Assembly: GCA_024653355.1 (NCBI GenBank)
Contig: JANLFQ010000001.1
Coordinates: 640,576 to 704,575, forward strand
Length of the DNA stretch: 64,000 nt
Source: a candidate division WOR-3 bacterium
GTDB taxonomy: Bacteria > Hydrothermota > Tepidihabitantia > Tepidihabitantales > Tepidihabitantaceae
Direction: 5' to 3'
The notes under the pieces are model-generated. The model was given only the letters and a program-made list of their open reading frames with translations, ran no database searches and was not told the DNA's origin. The position numbers and the translations under genes were made by a program. Shown here piece by piece: positions 19,852 to 28,638 of this stretch (the first letter of the stretch is position 1; every line of letters starts with the position of its first letter).

Positions 19852-21528
19852 TTAAAAACCCGCTTCAAAACTAAAATGGACCTTACCCTGCCAGACACTT
19901 TTCGCCCAACCCAGACCATAATCGATTCCCACAACCCCAACTTTTGTCCGCCACCTGCCGCCCAATCCATACCCTGCTAAAAACTGACAATTACCCGCCG
20001 AATTCTGGAAAGTCCCGGCATCAAAGAAAAGCTGTGCTCGGGTCATTGTTGAAAAATTATACCTTAACTCACAATTCCACCAGCCCGCTTTAGGTGTAAC
20101 AAAGAGCCCATCCCGATAGCCGCGAACATTTAAAATTCCCCCCATTCGATAAAGCTCCGGTACAACCATTTCATAATTGGCAAACGCCAGACGGCAGGCA
20201 AAACGGTTAACCAACACGAAATTTCCCGTTAAAGGGATAAACGGCTCCAAATCTATCTCAACCTTTGTTATCACTTCATTTTTCTCTTTGTTAATGCGCT
20301 GCCCGGCACGGGTAAAAACCCGTGCCCAAAGACCACGGCGCGCATTGACGATTCTGTCCCGACTGTCAAAAGTCAAACCGCTTCCCAGCCAGCGCGTTGT
20401 GTTACTCTCTTGCCCTGCTGTTCGGTCCAGCCCGGCACCAACACTGAAACCGGTGTTACCCGCGGTGAATGTGCCTGTTATCGACAAAGTAGTAAAGGAG
20501 TAACTGGTGTCAAAAACATTATGCTCAACCGCTCCTTTTAATTCAACCGGTAGACGAAAAACCCAGGGTTCGGAATAAGTTAGACTGTAATAACTGAACC
20601 AGGGCACCGAACGCCATTCACCCTCCATCCTCCGGCCCGAGTTCAAAATATTCAAAAGCCGCAACCTTCCCCAACCGGTCCAGCGCCGTTCTTCAGGGAG
20701 ATAACCCGCTACACCCAAAATCTCCCCCTTCCGATAAGTAGAAATCCAGTAACGCACGCCATAAGCGCCGTCGCGTCTCATTACAATATCCTGACTGTCA
20801 ACAACCACCCAGCCGCTTCTTTCCACTCCTCTACGCCAGTTGTTAACAACCGCCGTGGAATACGGCACATTCTTTTTAAATCCGGCGTAGCGCATTAGTA
20901 ACATTTCTGAATTTTGCGACTTACCACTAAAAGTTATAAAGTTTACCACCACTTTGGGTCCGGTATCAATCCGAATGACCGGAAACAAAAAGCCGGCGGT
21001 TTCCGCAACGCCCACAACTCCAACCCAGATCCAGGGATAACCTGCCTCGCGATAAAAGTTTGCTATTTTTTCTTCAAATTTATTTATCAGTTTTGCGTTT
21101 AAAACCGCTCCTTTAACAGGAGTTCGGGCAACCGCCCGTGGCGAAACTTCTGATATTCCTTCAAAAGACCAGCCGCCAAACCGGGCGCGTGCTATGCTGT
21201 CAATTAGATATGTTATCTTTACACCCTTTTCATTGACATCCGTTTCAACCGTTACTTGACGCACCCAGAAACCAAGGTCAAACAATCGCTGTCTTAATTC
21301 TTCCTTTCCGGCTTCAATCGCCTGAAAGTCGACAGTGTCACCGACTTTAATACCGGGCAACACCCCACGCGGCAAACCTTTACCATCAACCGAAAGCGAA
21401 ACAACCCGATACCTCACATTGCTAATAGAATCTACCGCCGGTAATTCCAGCGGGAAAAGCAGTAATAGCGTCTGACTAACTGAGAAAAAGGTACTGACGC
21501 CAATCCTCCGGTATGTCTCCCAGCGCAT
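19852..21528 (-). CDS. Omp85-family outer-membrane protein (POTRA + surface-antigen beta-barrel), BamA/TamA paralog
   Basis: 558 aa. N-terminal POTRA-like region, beta-barrel with C-terminal Phe (…FSFEAGF). The 5' end overlaps the upstream HNH gene by 53 nt, so the true start may lie further downstream. Confidence 0.7.
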   Translation of the reverse strand: MRWETYRRIGVSTFFSVSQTLLLLFPLELPAVDSISNVRYRVVSLSVDGKGLPRGVLPGIKVGDTVDFQAIEAGKEELRQRLFDLGFWVRQVTVETDVNEKGVKITYLIDSIARARFGGWSFEGISEVSPRAVARTPVKGAVLNAKLINKFEEKIANFYREAGYPWIWVGVVGVAETAGFLFPVIRIDTGPKVVVNFITFSGKSQNSEMLLMRYAGFKKNVPYSTAVVNNWRRGVERSGWVVVDSQDIVMRRDGAYGVRYWISTYRKGEILGVAGYLPEERRWTGWGRLRLLNILNSGRRMEGEWRSVPWFSYYSLTYSEPWVFRLPVELKGAVEHNVFDTSYSFTTLSITGTFTAGNTGFSVGAGLDRTAGQESNTTRWLGSGLTFDSRDRIVNARRGLWARVFTRAGQRINKEKNEVITKVEIDLEPFIPLTGNFVLVNRFACRLAFANYEMVVPELYRMGGILNVRGYRDGLFVTPKAGWWNCELRYNFSTMTRAQLFFDAGTFQNSAGNCQFLAGYGLGGRWRTKVGVVGIDYGLGWAKSVWQGKVHFSFEAGF

Positions 21529-21979
21529 TCAAGGCAAAGGTCACATAATGGGGTGCCTTGGGTTTCCGGCGTAGTTTCATATTTGCCTGCGCTGGGGTGC
21601 GATTCCCCTTTCGGGCATTACATTGCGGGCAGGCGCAAACCATATTTTCCCACGAATCGTTCCCCCCCATTGATTTCGGAATAACGTGGTCGGCGGTCAT
21701 CACCGGTCCCCGTGCGCCACAGTACTGACAGGTGTTATTGTCGCGGCGCAGGATGTTTCTTTTGGTTAAAGGGACTTCCCGGCGCTTAACCCGCACATAA
21801 TAGTTCAACCGCAGCACACTCGGCAGGGGAAAACTCATCTTAACCGTGTGCAACTCGACTCCAGCATTCTCTACCGGCTCTGCTTTGCGGGTCAGGACCA
21901 AAACCAAAGCCCGTCTTGTGCGACAGACGGAAATCGGCTCGTAGTTTTGGTTTAAAAGTAAAACCGGACGATTTAGCAT
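21476..21979 (-). CDS. HNH endonuclease (stand-alone, COG1403-like)
   Basis: 167 aa. CQYCGARGPVMTADHVIPKSMGGNDSWENMVCACPQCNARKG carries the HNH zinc-finger motif. Confidence 0.8.
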   Translation of the reverse strand: MLNRPVLLLNQNYEPISVCRTRRALVLVLTRKAEPVENAGVELHTVKMSFPLPSVLRLNYYVRVKRREVPLTKRNILRRDNNTCQYCGARGPVMTADHVIPKSMGGNDSWENMVCACPQCNARKGNRTPAQANMKLRRKPKAPHYVTFALNALGDIPEDWRQYLFLS

Positions 21980-21993
21980 CTCATCTCTAAAAA

Positions 21994-23175
21994 CTACCGG
22001 ACAAACAACTCCTTGTCAATAGCGTTGATACTTTTGTCGATATACTCAATCTGTGCCCGGGCGTAGCCGGCTAAAGTAGAATCGCTAAGCGCCTTCTGAT
22101 AATAACCCCGCGCCTCTTCATACAACGCCTTAGCCGCACGCAGATTGGCGGTTGAAGTTTGGGCAAGATTAGTACCCCGTTTGCCATCGGCTTGTTTGCG
22201 CCGATTGTCACCCAGGTCAACATACGCCTGGAGTAAGTTCGGGTCCAAAGCCAGCGCCCGGCGCAGATTCGCATCCGAAGCCCCATAATTACCCTGCTCG
22301 CTCAACGCCTCTCCCTTGTAGAGATAGGCAATCGCAAGGGTTGAATCACTGGCAATCACCTCATCAAACTTCTTTATCGCATCCTTCATCTTGCCCTGGC
22401 GTGCCAGAATTAAACCCTGCCGCAACTTCGCCTGATAATTTGTCGGTTCCAGCGTCAAAATCGTGTCAATCTGTGCCAGCGCTCCTTTATAATCCTTCAA
22501 CTCAACCATCGCATCAACCAGTTTCGCGCGTAAACTTGTTACCTGGGGAAACCGTGCCGCCAGCGGTTTCAAAGCTTCCACCGCCTCGCGATACCGCCCA
22601 ACCTTATAGAGAAACTCGCCCCAGAGCCGTTGTACCGCCAGGTCATCCGGAAAACGCTTCAATGCTATTTGATAAATCGAATCAGCCTGGGACATCATTC
22701 CTTTACGCACATAAATATCGGCGACGCCGTTGTACAAATCAGCAAGACTTGAATCCTGTCTCAACCCCTCCTGATATACACCGAGCGCTTCATCGACTCG
22801 CCCCATCTCAAGGTACATATCACCCAGTGCCTCATAAGCCTTTGCCTTCCTGGGGTCTATTCTCATCGCCTTCCGATAGTACTCCTCGGCCTGACTTGCA
22901 TCCCGTTTTTTCCGCCAGATATTACCAATTGCGATATACGGGTCGTAATAAAGCGAATCGTATGCCAGTGCCTGCGCAAAATTCTTGAGTGCCGATTCAA
23001 AATCTCCCTGCTGGTAATAGCCGGCACCGATGCTATAACTCTGTTGCGCCGAGTCGCGCCTTGCCTGCAACTGCTCCTCGGAAAATTTGGTAACTGTCTG
23101 CGTCGGGGCACATCCAGTGCTGAGTGCTCCTCCAATGAACAGCGCAACCATTACAAAAAACCAGAAATTTTTCAT
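21994..23175 (-). CDS. TPR-repeat lipoprotein
   Basis: 393 aa. Lipoprotein signal (…ALSTGC). Multiple 34-residue TPR repeats. Confidence 0.7.
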   Translation of the reverse strand: MKNFWFFVMVALFIGGALSTGCAPTQTVTKFSEEQLQARRDSAQQSYSIGAGYYQQGDFESALKNFAQALAYDSLYYDPYIAIGNIWRKKRDASQAEEYYRKAMRIDPRKAKAYEALGDMYLEMGRVDEALGVYQEGLRQDSSLADLYNGVADIYVRKGMMSQADSIYQIALKRFPDDLAVQRLWGEFLYKVGRYREAVEALKPLAARFPQVTSLRAKLVDAMVELKDYKGALAQIDTILTLEPTNYQAKLRQGLILARQGKMKDAIKKFDEVIASDSTLAIAYLYKGEALSEQGNYGASDANLRRALALDPNLLQAYVDLGDNRRKQADGKRGTNLAQTSTANLRAAKALYEEARGYYQKALSDSTLAGYARAQIEYIDKSINAIDKELFVR

Positions 23176-23224
23176 CTCAGCTCCTTTTCGTAAACTTCAA
23201 GCAACACCTTACTCCTTCAAACTA

Positions 23225-23297
23225 TGGAGCCGACGGGATTCGAACCCGTGACCTTTTGACTGCCAGTCAAACGCGCTCCCAACTGCGCCACGGCCCC
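23225..23297 (-). tRNA. tRNA-Ala (anticodon GGC)
   Basis: Hand-folded on the reverse strand: GGGGCCGTGGCGCAGTTGGGAGCGCGTTTGACTGGCAGTCAAAAGGTCACGGGTTCGAATCCCGTCGGCTCCA. G3:U70 alanine identity pair present. Anticodon loop CTGGCAG. Confidence 0.85.
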
Positions 23298-23917
23298 AGA
23301 ATGGTAACCCGTCAATAACAAGCACGGCTTAACCAAACTTTATTAAGTTTTACCCAATTTCCATCCAAAGTCAAGGTATGCTTGATGTTATGACCCCTGC
23401 GTAACTGTCGCGGTTCGGTTTCTATTTTGCCATTTGCAATTTTTCCCCTCTATTTGTATACGAAAAATCAACAAAAAGTGACAAAAAACCACCCACCCAG
23501 TAGTCCGGGAGCAGTTCTGGAGATAGCCCCTGACGCGCCCTTTATAAACCAAGGTAAGATACCGTAGAAGCCTGATGGCGCGGTGGTTGGAATCGCGCCC
23601 TTCGGTTATACCTTAATAACAATTCATCAGGTTATATTCAGAACCCTATTCGCCATCATCTTTTAAATAATAAACCGGTTAACCTTGTGTGCTGTTGCTA
23701 TTACCATTTACCCCTGTGCCATCAGGTGTGCCTTAGAGGCTATTTTCCAGTCTGTGGTCCAGTGCGTTGTGTCAGCCCTGAAATAGACCCCGCTCTTTGC
23801 CCATTTAATTGTACCACAGCGAAAACCTTTTAAACTGCGTTGCTTTGCCCTGGCGGGCAATAAAAAGGTAGGACAAATTGACTTGACTGACAAACATCAA
23901 TTAATATCATTTAGCAG

Positions 23918-24496
23918 ATGAGAGAACTGAGTTCCATTCCGATTTATTTTCCCCGTGCCGGTAGCAAAAACACCGCTCAAACCATCGCCCTTGCCCTGAA
24001 CCGCGCCCTTGAACTCAACATCAAACACCTCATCGTCGCCTCCACCACCGGAAAAACCGCCCTCAACTTAATCCGCCAGGCAAAAAAGGGATTTAACATC
24101 GTCTGCGTTACCCATCATTCCGGTTTTGCCCAGCCGGGCAAATCAGAACTTTCTCTAGCAACCGAAGCCCGGCTGAAAGCATCCGGCGTCGCCGTTTTAC
24201 GAACGACCCATCTCTTTGCTGGAATTGACCGCGCCCTGCGCCTCAAATTCGGCGGTGCGGGTCCTGCTGAGGTAGTCGCCAGCGCATACCGTACCCTGGG
24301 CGAAGGCGTTAAAGTGGCGATTGAAATCTCGGTAATGGCACTTGACGCCGGCCTTGTTCCCTATGGCAAAGACCTCATCAGTATCGCCGGCACCGGTTCG
24401 GGCGCCGACACTGCAATCGTTATCCAGCCTGCTCATTCCAGCCGCTTTTTTGAAACGAAGGTAAGAGAAATCATCTGCAAACCAAGGAATTTTTAG
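23918..24496 (+). CDS. Pyruvate-kinase alpha/beta (PK_C)-like domain protein
   Basis: 192 aa. Rossmann-like pattern LIVASTTGKTALNL…IVCVTHHSGF…, reminiscent of stand-alone PK C-terminal-domain proteins. Identification is tentative. Confidence 0.4.
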   Translation: MRELSSIPIYFPRAGSKNTAQTIALALNRALELNIKHLIVASTTGKTALNLIRQAKKGFNIVCVTHHSGFAQPGKSELSLATEARLKASGVAVLRTTHLFAGIDRALRLKFGGAGPAEVVASAYRTLGEGVKVAIEISVMALDAGLVPYGKDLISIAGTGSGADTAIVIQPAHSSRFFETKVREIICKPRNF

Positions 24497-24509
24497 GAGG
24501 AGACTAATA

Positions 24510-24947
24510 ATGAGTGACTGCCCTTTTTGTTCAATCGTCGCCGGTAAAGCACCCTGCCGTAAAGTATATGAAGACGAGCACACCTTGGGGTTTTTGGACC
24601 TTTACCCCATTTCCCGCGGTCACTGTCTTGTCATCACCAAAAAGCATATCCGCCTGTTTACCGACATCCAGCCCCAGGACAACATCGCCGGACCTTTTCT
24701 CCGTGCCTGCTACCTCGTTGCCCGCAAGATAAAAAACGCCTTAGATTGCGAATATGTCACGATGCTCATTCGGGGCACCAGGGTACCTCATCTCCATATG
24801 TTACTCGTCCCGACAATCCGAAACGAAGAAAACATCCTTGACAAAACGCTCAATCTGCACCACTTCTGTCAGGTGCGCCTTAAACCACAGTTTTCTGAAG
24901 CCGAGTTGGATGCCATCGCCGAAAAGATAAGAGCCGCTGCCCCCTAA
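24510..24947 (+). CDS. HIT-family (histidine triad) hydrolase
   Basis: 145 aa. Histidine-triad motif VPHLHMLLVP. N-terminal CPFC zinc-binding motif. Confidence 0.85.
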   Translation: MSDCPFCSIVAGKAPCRKVYEDEHTLGFLDLYPISRGHCLVITKKHIRLFTDIQPQDNIAGPFLRACYLVARKIKNALDCEYVTMLIRGTRVPHLHMLLVPTIRNEENILDKTLNLHHFCQVRLKPQFSEAELDAIAEKIRAAAP

Positions 24948-24960
24948 AAGACCCCAGAAA

Positions 24961-24988
24961 GATACGGGGCGAAAGCCCGCCCCGTATC
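24961..24988. terminator. Rho-independent terminator (mainly for the minus-strand T9SS gene)
   Basis: 11-bp perfect stem GATACGGGGCG / CGCCCCGTATC with a 6-nt loop. On the minus strand it is followed by a TTTCTGGGGTCTTTT run. Confidence 0.55.
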
Positions 24989-25012
24989 ATTAATACCGAT
25001 TACCGGTCTGCG

Positions 25013-28000
25013 CTATTTCACAACCAGTTTCCGGGTCACGGTGTATTCGCCATCCAGTTTCAGAAGATAGACACCGCTCGGCAACATCCGCAGGTTCACC
25101 GTCGCCCGGGCGCTTCCCAGCGGCTGACTCAACACCATTCTGCCCGTCGCATCAAAAATCTGAACTCGCATCCCTGGTGTTGTACCCGAGATGAACAGCA
25201 CACCCTGACTTCCTGTTGGATTAGGCGCAATGGTCAGCGAACCGGGCTCGTTTTGCACCGTACCCATTACGCCGCTTTTATCCGGAACATCGGCGAAGAG
25301 AGTATCGGCGGAAACATAACACCACAACTCCGGTGTCTTATTCCCTTTCAGGGCAAAGAAAATCCCATCCTCATAAAGCACGATGTCGCCCCCACCTTTC
25401 ACCCGCTTCTTCCTTCCCGTCGAGCCAACCGAAGGCATCGTATCCAGTTCCACCCAGGAGTCGCCCAGTGCATCGTAACGCCAGAACTCGCAGGTGTTGC
25501 CGCCTTTGAGCGCATAGATTGCATCATTGTACCAGGCACCAGAACTGCCATCCTTACACTTCTTTGTCTTGCCCAACTTTCCGATAAATGGCATTCCGGA
25601 TAAAGACTGACTGAACCAGGTATCGGCAAGGACATCGTACTTCCACAACTCGTGCACCTTGGATTTATGGGCATAAATGTAAAACTGATTTTGTCCCGGT
25701 CGCGCGTTATAAACAATCCAGGAGCCCCGGTCCCATCTTCTGCCGGTCGCGGTTAACGGTGCGGGTGCACGTGGCTCCCATACACCGGAAACGGTGTTAA
25801 ACCGGTAGAACTCATCGGTATAACCCTTCAGAAGATAGACATAACCGGTGTCGGTATGGGGTCGCTTGATATACACCATATCGGTGCCGGCTTTCACCCG
25901 TTTCCCGCTGGAACCAGGTGGCACATTCTCCAGTGGCACCCAGGTATCAAGCTCTACATTGTAAGCCCAGAACCCTAAGGTGTTGTTACCCTTGGTCGCA
26001 TAAACATAGTCACCACCCGCAACACCCACTGAGCCCCGACGCGGGGGTCTGCCATCCGCACCTAAAGGCATCGACTTTAACTGATGCCAGGTGTCGGCTA
26101 ATGGGTCGTAGAGATAAAAGTCGCCCACCTTGTTCCCTTTCAGGACAAAAAGGCAACGCGTCCCGCTCACACGCATCTGAGTCAGCCATCCTCCATCACT
26201 TACCCCTCTATTGGAAGGTGCCAGTGGCACCTGACTCACCTCGTGCCAGCCATAGGGCCAATGGGGAATGCGCCGGACCACGAAATCGGCACTGAGCACA
26301 TCGTTGTCCGGAAATGTGTCGTTGCTACAGAAGGTTGAACACCGCACCGACCATGTTCCAGGCACACCGCCCATCGTATACGCCGGGAAGTTAACAATCG
26401 TGTCCCTTCGACCGGCAAGACCAATGATGGGAACCGATTCGTTGTATACCACCGTTCCGCTGGCATCAATCAGTTTTAAAAAGGCACTGAAATCTGCCGG
26501 ATTATCTCCCCGGTTCCACCAGCGCGCCCGGGGTGTCACTACCGCGCCACTATCAATTGTGCCACTGGGCGCTTGAATCTGAAACATCTCGATATCGGTG
26601 TTGTAAACTGTAAAAGTTCCTTCCCGCACATCGTTCGTTGAGTTTTTATCCAAAACCGCTGTGGTTGAGCATCGCACCGTCCATTGCCCCGCCCCATTCA
26701 CCACAAAATCAGAAAAAACAAGGGTGGTCTCAGCACCGGGTGCTAAATTAGCAACATCCAGCGACTCCGAATAAACCCTGTTGCCTGCCGGATTGATAAG
26801 GAAGCAAAACAACCGAAAGTCAACATTGTTAAATGCGCCGAAATTGCGGCAAACCACCCGGGGCGTAACAGCGGTTCCGGGTATTATCAATCCCGAAGGT
26901 GACAAAATTGAAGACACCCCGGCATCAACCAGTTCACCTCTAATGTAATAAACATCGTTGTCACCATCGGAATTGTCATACCAGACGATGTGCAGGTCGT
27001 CGAACTCGCCCGCCCATAAAGCCGGGTAATAAAGACCGGTCTGTGCCCGATTGGTCAACTGCATCACCTCTCCCCAGCTGCCCGCCTGTTTCTGCCGGTA
27101 GAGGATTTCGAAACGGGTAGGCGAAATCTCGGTATAACCCCGCCAGACAACATTCACTATCCCATCAACCTCGGCAACAACCGGGTCGTATTGATTGCCA
27201 TTGTTATAGGTACTGACCGTTTCCGTGGTCCCCCAACCGGACCCGGTTTTTGCTCGATAAAAAATCCGGTCGTTGGAAGAACTCGGAACATCTCCATTCC
27301 AGACCACATGAACCGTAGAACCGTCTTCACTCACCGCAACCGCACACGCAAACATATCAGCATTTGCGTTAACATCTGACACCTGCTCAATATCCCGCCA
27401 CACGCCGCTACCGCTGCGCCCACGATAAAAGACCTGGTAGTAACCAGCCACCCTTTTCCGCCAGACAACATAAACACTGTCCGCCTGGTCAACCGCTACT
27501 GATGCCTGGATGTTTGAATCGCTCGGAAAGTTATCAACAATCGAAACAGAACTCCACCCTGTACCCGGGGTGTACTCCATATGTTTGATTCTGAAAAAGG
27601 TCGGGTTCGACGCATCCCTTCCATACCAGACAATATGGACATTATTTCCTCCAGGCCGACAGGCAATTGACGGGTAGTAGTTGAGATAATTGCCTCCGGG
27701 ATTGTAAAGATAAACCGAATCTCCCCAGGTGCCGGTGGCGACATTCCATCTTTTATACCATATCCCGTAGTTCGGCGATGTTGATTGATACCAAGTAATG
27801 TGAACATTCCCTGAATCGTCACAGGCAACAGCCGGACGATAAGCCGCAACCGATTGATTGGTCACCTGGGTAATTGGACCCCAGGTACCAGTCGCTCTTG
27901 ACCACTTCCGATAAAAAACCTGATTGGTGCCGGTTCGGTTGTCATACCACACAACATGAACATTACCACCCGTATCGGTTGCCACAGTATGCTGATAACC

Positions 28001-28168
28001 ATAACCCATATATTGAGTTGTTGCGTCATCGGAAATATTAACCGGGCCCGACCAGCCATCAGTGCCCGCAACAGGAATTCCATTGCTGCTGAAAACCATT
28101 GTGATTAAACTCAGCAGCGTGATAACTATACCGCTCATTTTAACCTCCTTACTTTTGGCTGTTTGCAA
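25013..28168 (-). CDS. Large secreted multi-propeller protein (BNR-like 7-blade repeat + 2 CARDB + Kelch-like repeats) with T9SS C-terminal sorting domain
   Basis: 1051 aa. Seven repeats of a V(H)V(V)W…(F/Y)YR…GTWG motif. Two CARDB-like domains. Six Kelch-like (F/W)Y…D.W repeats. C-terminal domain …GVYLLKLDGEYTVTRKLVVK. AAGGAGG ribosome-binding site. Confidence 0.75.
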   Translation of the reverse strand: MQTAKSKEVKMSGIVITLLSLITMVFSSNGIPVAGTDGWSGPVNISDDATTQYMGYGYQHTVATDTGGNVHVVWYDNRTGTNQVFYRKWSRATGTWGPITQVTNQSVAAYRPAVACDDSGNVHITWYQSTSPNYGIWYKRWNVATGTWGDSVYLYNPGGNYLNYYPSIACRPGGNNVHIVWYGRDASNPTFFRIKHMEYTPGTGWSSVSIVDNFPSDSNIQASVAVDQADSVYVVWRKRVAGYYQVFYRGRSGSGVWRDIEQVSDVNANADMFACAVAVSEDGSTVHVVWNGDVPSSSNDRIFYRAKTGSGWGTTETVSTYNNGNQYDPVVAEVDGIVNVVWRGYTEISPTRFEILYRQKQAGSWGEVMQLTNRAQTGLYYPALWAGEFDDLHIVWYDNSDGDNDVYYIRGELVDAGVSSILSPSGLIIPGTAVTPRVVCRNFGAFNNVDFRLFCFLINPAGNRVYSESLDVANLAPGAETTLVFSDFVVNGAGQWTVRCSTTAVLDKNSTNDVREGTFTVYNTDIEMFQIQAPSGTIDSGAVVTPRARWWNRGDNPADFSAFLKLIDASGTVVYNESVPIIGLAGRRDTIVNFPAYTMGGVPGTWSVRCSTFCSNDTFPDNDVLSADFVVRRIPHWPYGWHEVSQVPLAPSNRGVSDGGWLTQMRVSGTRCLFVLKGNKVGDFYLYDPLADTWHQLKSMPLGADGRPPRRGSVGVAGGDYVYATKGNNTLGFWAYNVELDTWVPLENVPPGSSGKRVKAGTDMVYIKRPHTDTGYVYLLKGYTDEFYRFNTVSGVWEPRAPAPLTATGRRWDRGSWIVYNARPGQNQFYIYAHKSKVHELWKYDVLADTWFSQSLSGMPFIGKLGKTKKCKDGSSGAWYNDAIYALKGGNTCEFWRYDALGDSWVELDTMPSVGSTGRKKRVKGGGDIVLYEDGIFFALKGNKTPELWCYVSADTLFADVPDKSGVMGTVQNEPGSLTIAPNPTGSQGVLFISGTTPGMRVQIFDATGRMVLSQPLGSARATVNLRMLPSGVYLLKLDGEYTVTRKLVVK

Positions 28169-28444
28169 CCCTTAATTTACGGCAATTAAACTGTTAACCG
28201 GAAGAAACAGGATGTAACCCGCCGGTTAAATATACGCCAGTTTCTTTTGAATGTCAACTAAATTTTGTATTAAGAATCGTCAAAAAGTCTGTTATTCCCC
28301 AAAAAAGTTATGCCCGCACACAGCGACAACTCCAGTTTCCATTACCATCCCTGAAACTACTCCGGGGTTGGGTAGGGAAAACAAGGCTCAAACTTATTAA
28401 CCTGTTGAAAACAAACGCATTATGTAAAACCGCCCTACCGCTGA

Positions 28445-28468
28445 AAGTATACTTAAAAGTATACTTAA
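28445..28468. promoter_or_regulatory. Tandem palindromic operator-like repeat (AAGTATACTTAA x2)
   Basis: Two abutting copies of a 12-mer whose core AGTATACT is self-complementary. Lies in the miaB / T9SS-gene divergent region. Confidence 0.4.
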
Positions 28469-28638
28469 CTCTAAATTATCCGCTACCGGCACAGTAAGTT
28501 ATGGCTCATTACCCTCTGACTATGAGATTCAGGTTTGCGCTCAATGTTGCCAGTTCGAAACCAGAAACAGTGCCGAACCTTTTTATCCCCCAACACCCTG
28601 TTACCCCAAAACATCTTTTCCTTGACAATCTGTCCTAT

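Noticed and set aside
22341-22988. 215-aa proline-rich ORF on the plus strand
   Set aside because: Antisense to the TPR lipoprotein gene. Low-complexity translation typical of a shadow ORF.
23500-23680. AGTCCGGGAGCAG / AAACCGGTTAA reminiscent of RNase P RNA P4 or SRP RNA helix 8
   Set aside because: The spacing is only about 165 nt and neither the flanking P4 consensus (GAGGAAAGUCCGGGCUCC) nor the SRP GGAA/AGCAG symmetric loop is complete. Kept only as a generic structured-RNA candidate.
28501-28638. N-terminal 46-residue extension of miaB in the ORF track
   Set aside because: The extension lacks MiaB homology and overlaps the promoter and operator region. The conserved MTTase N-terminus begins at the internal ATG at 28639.
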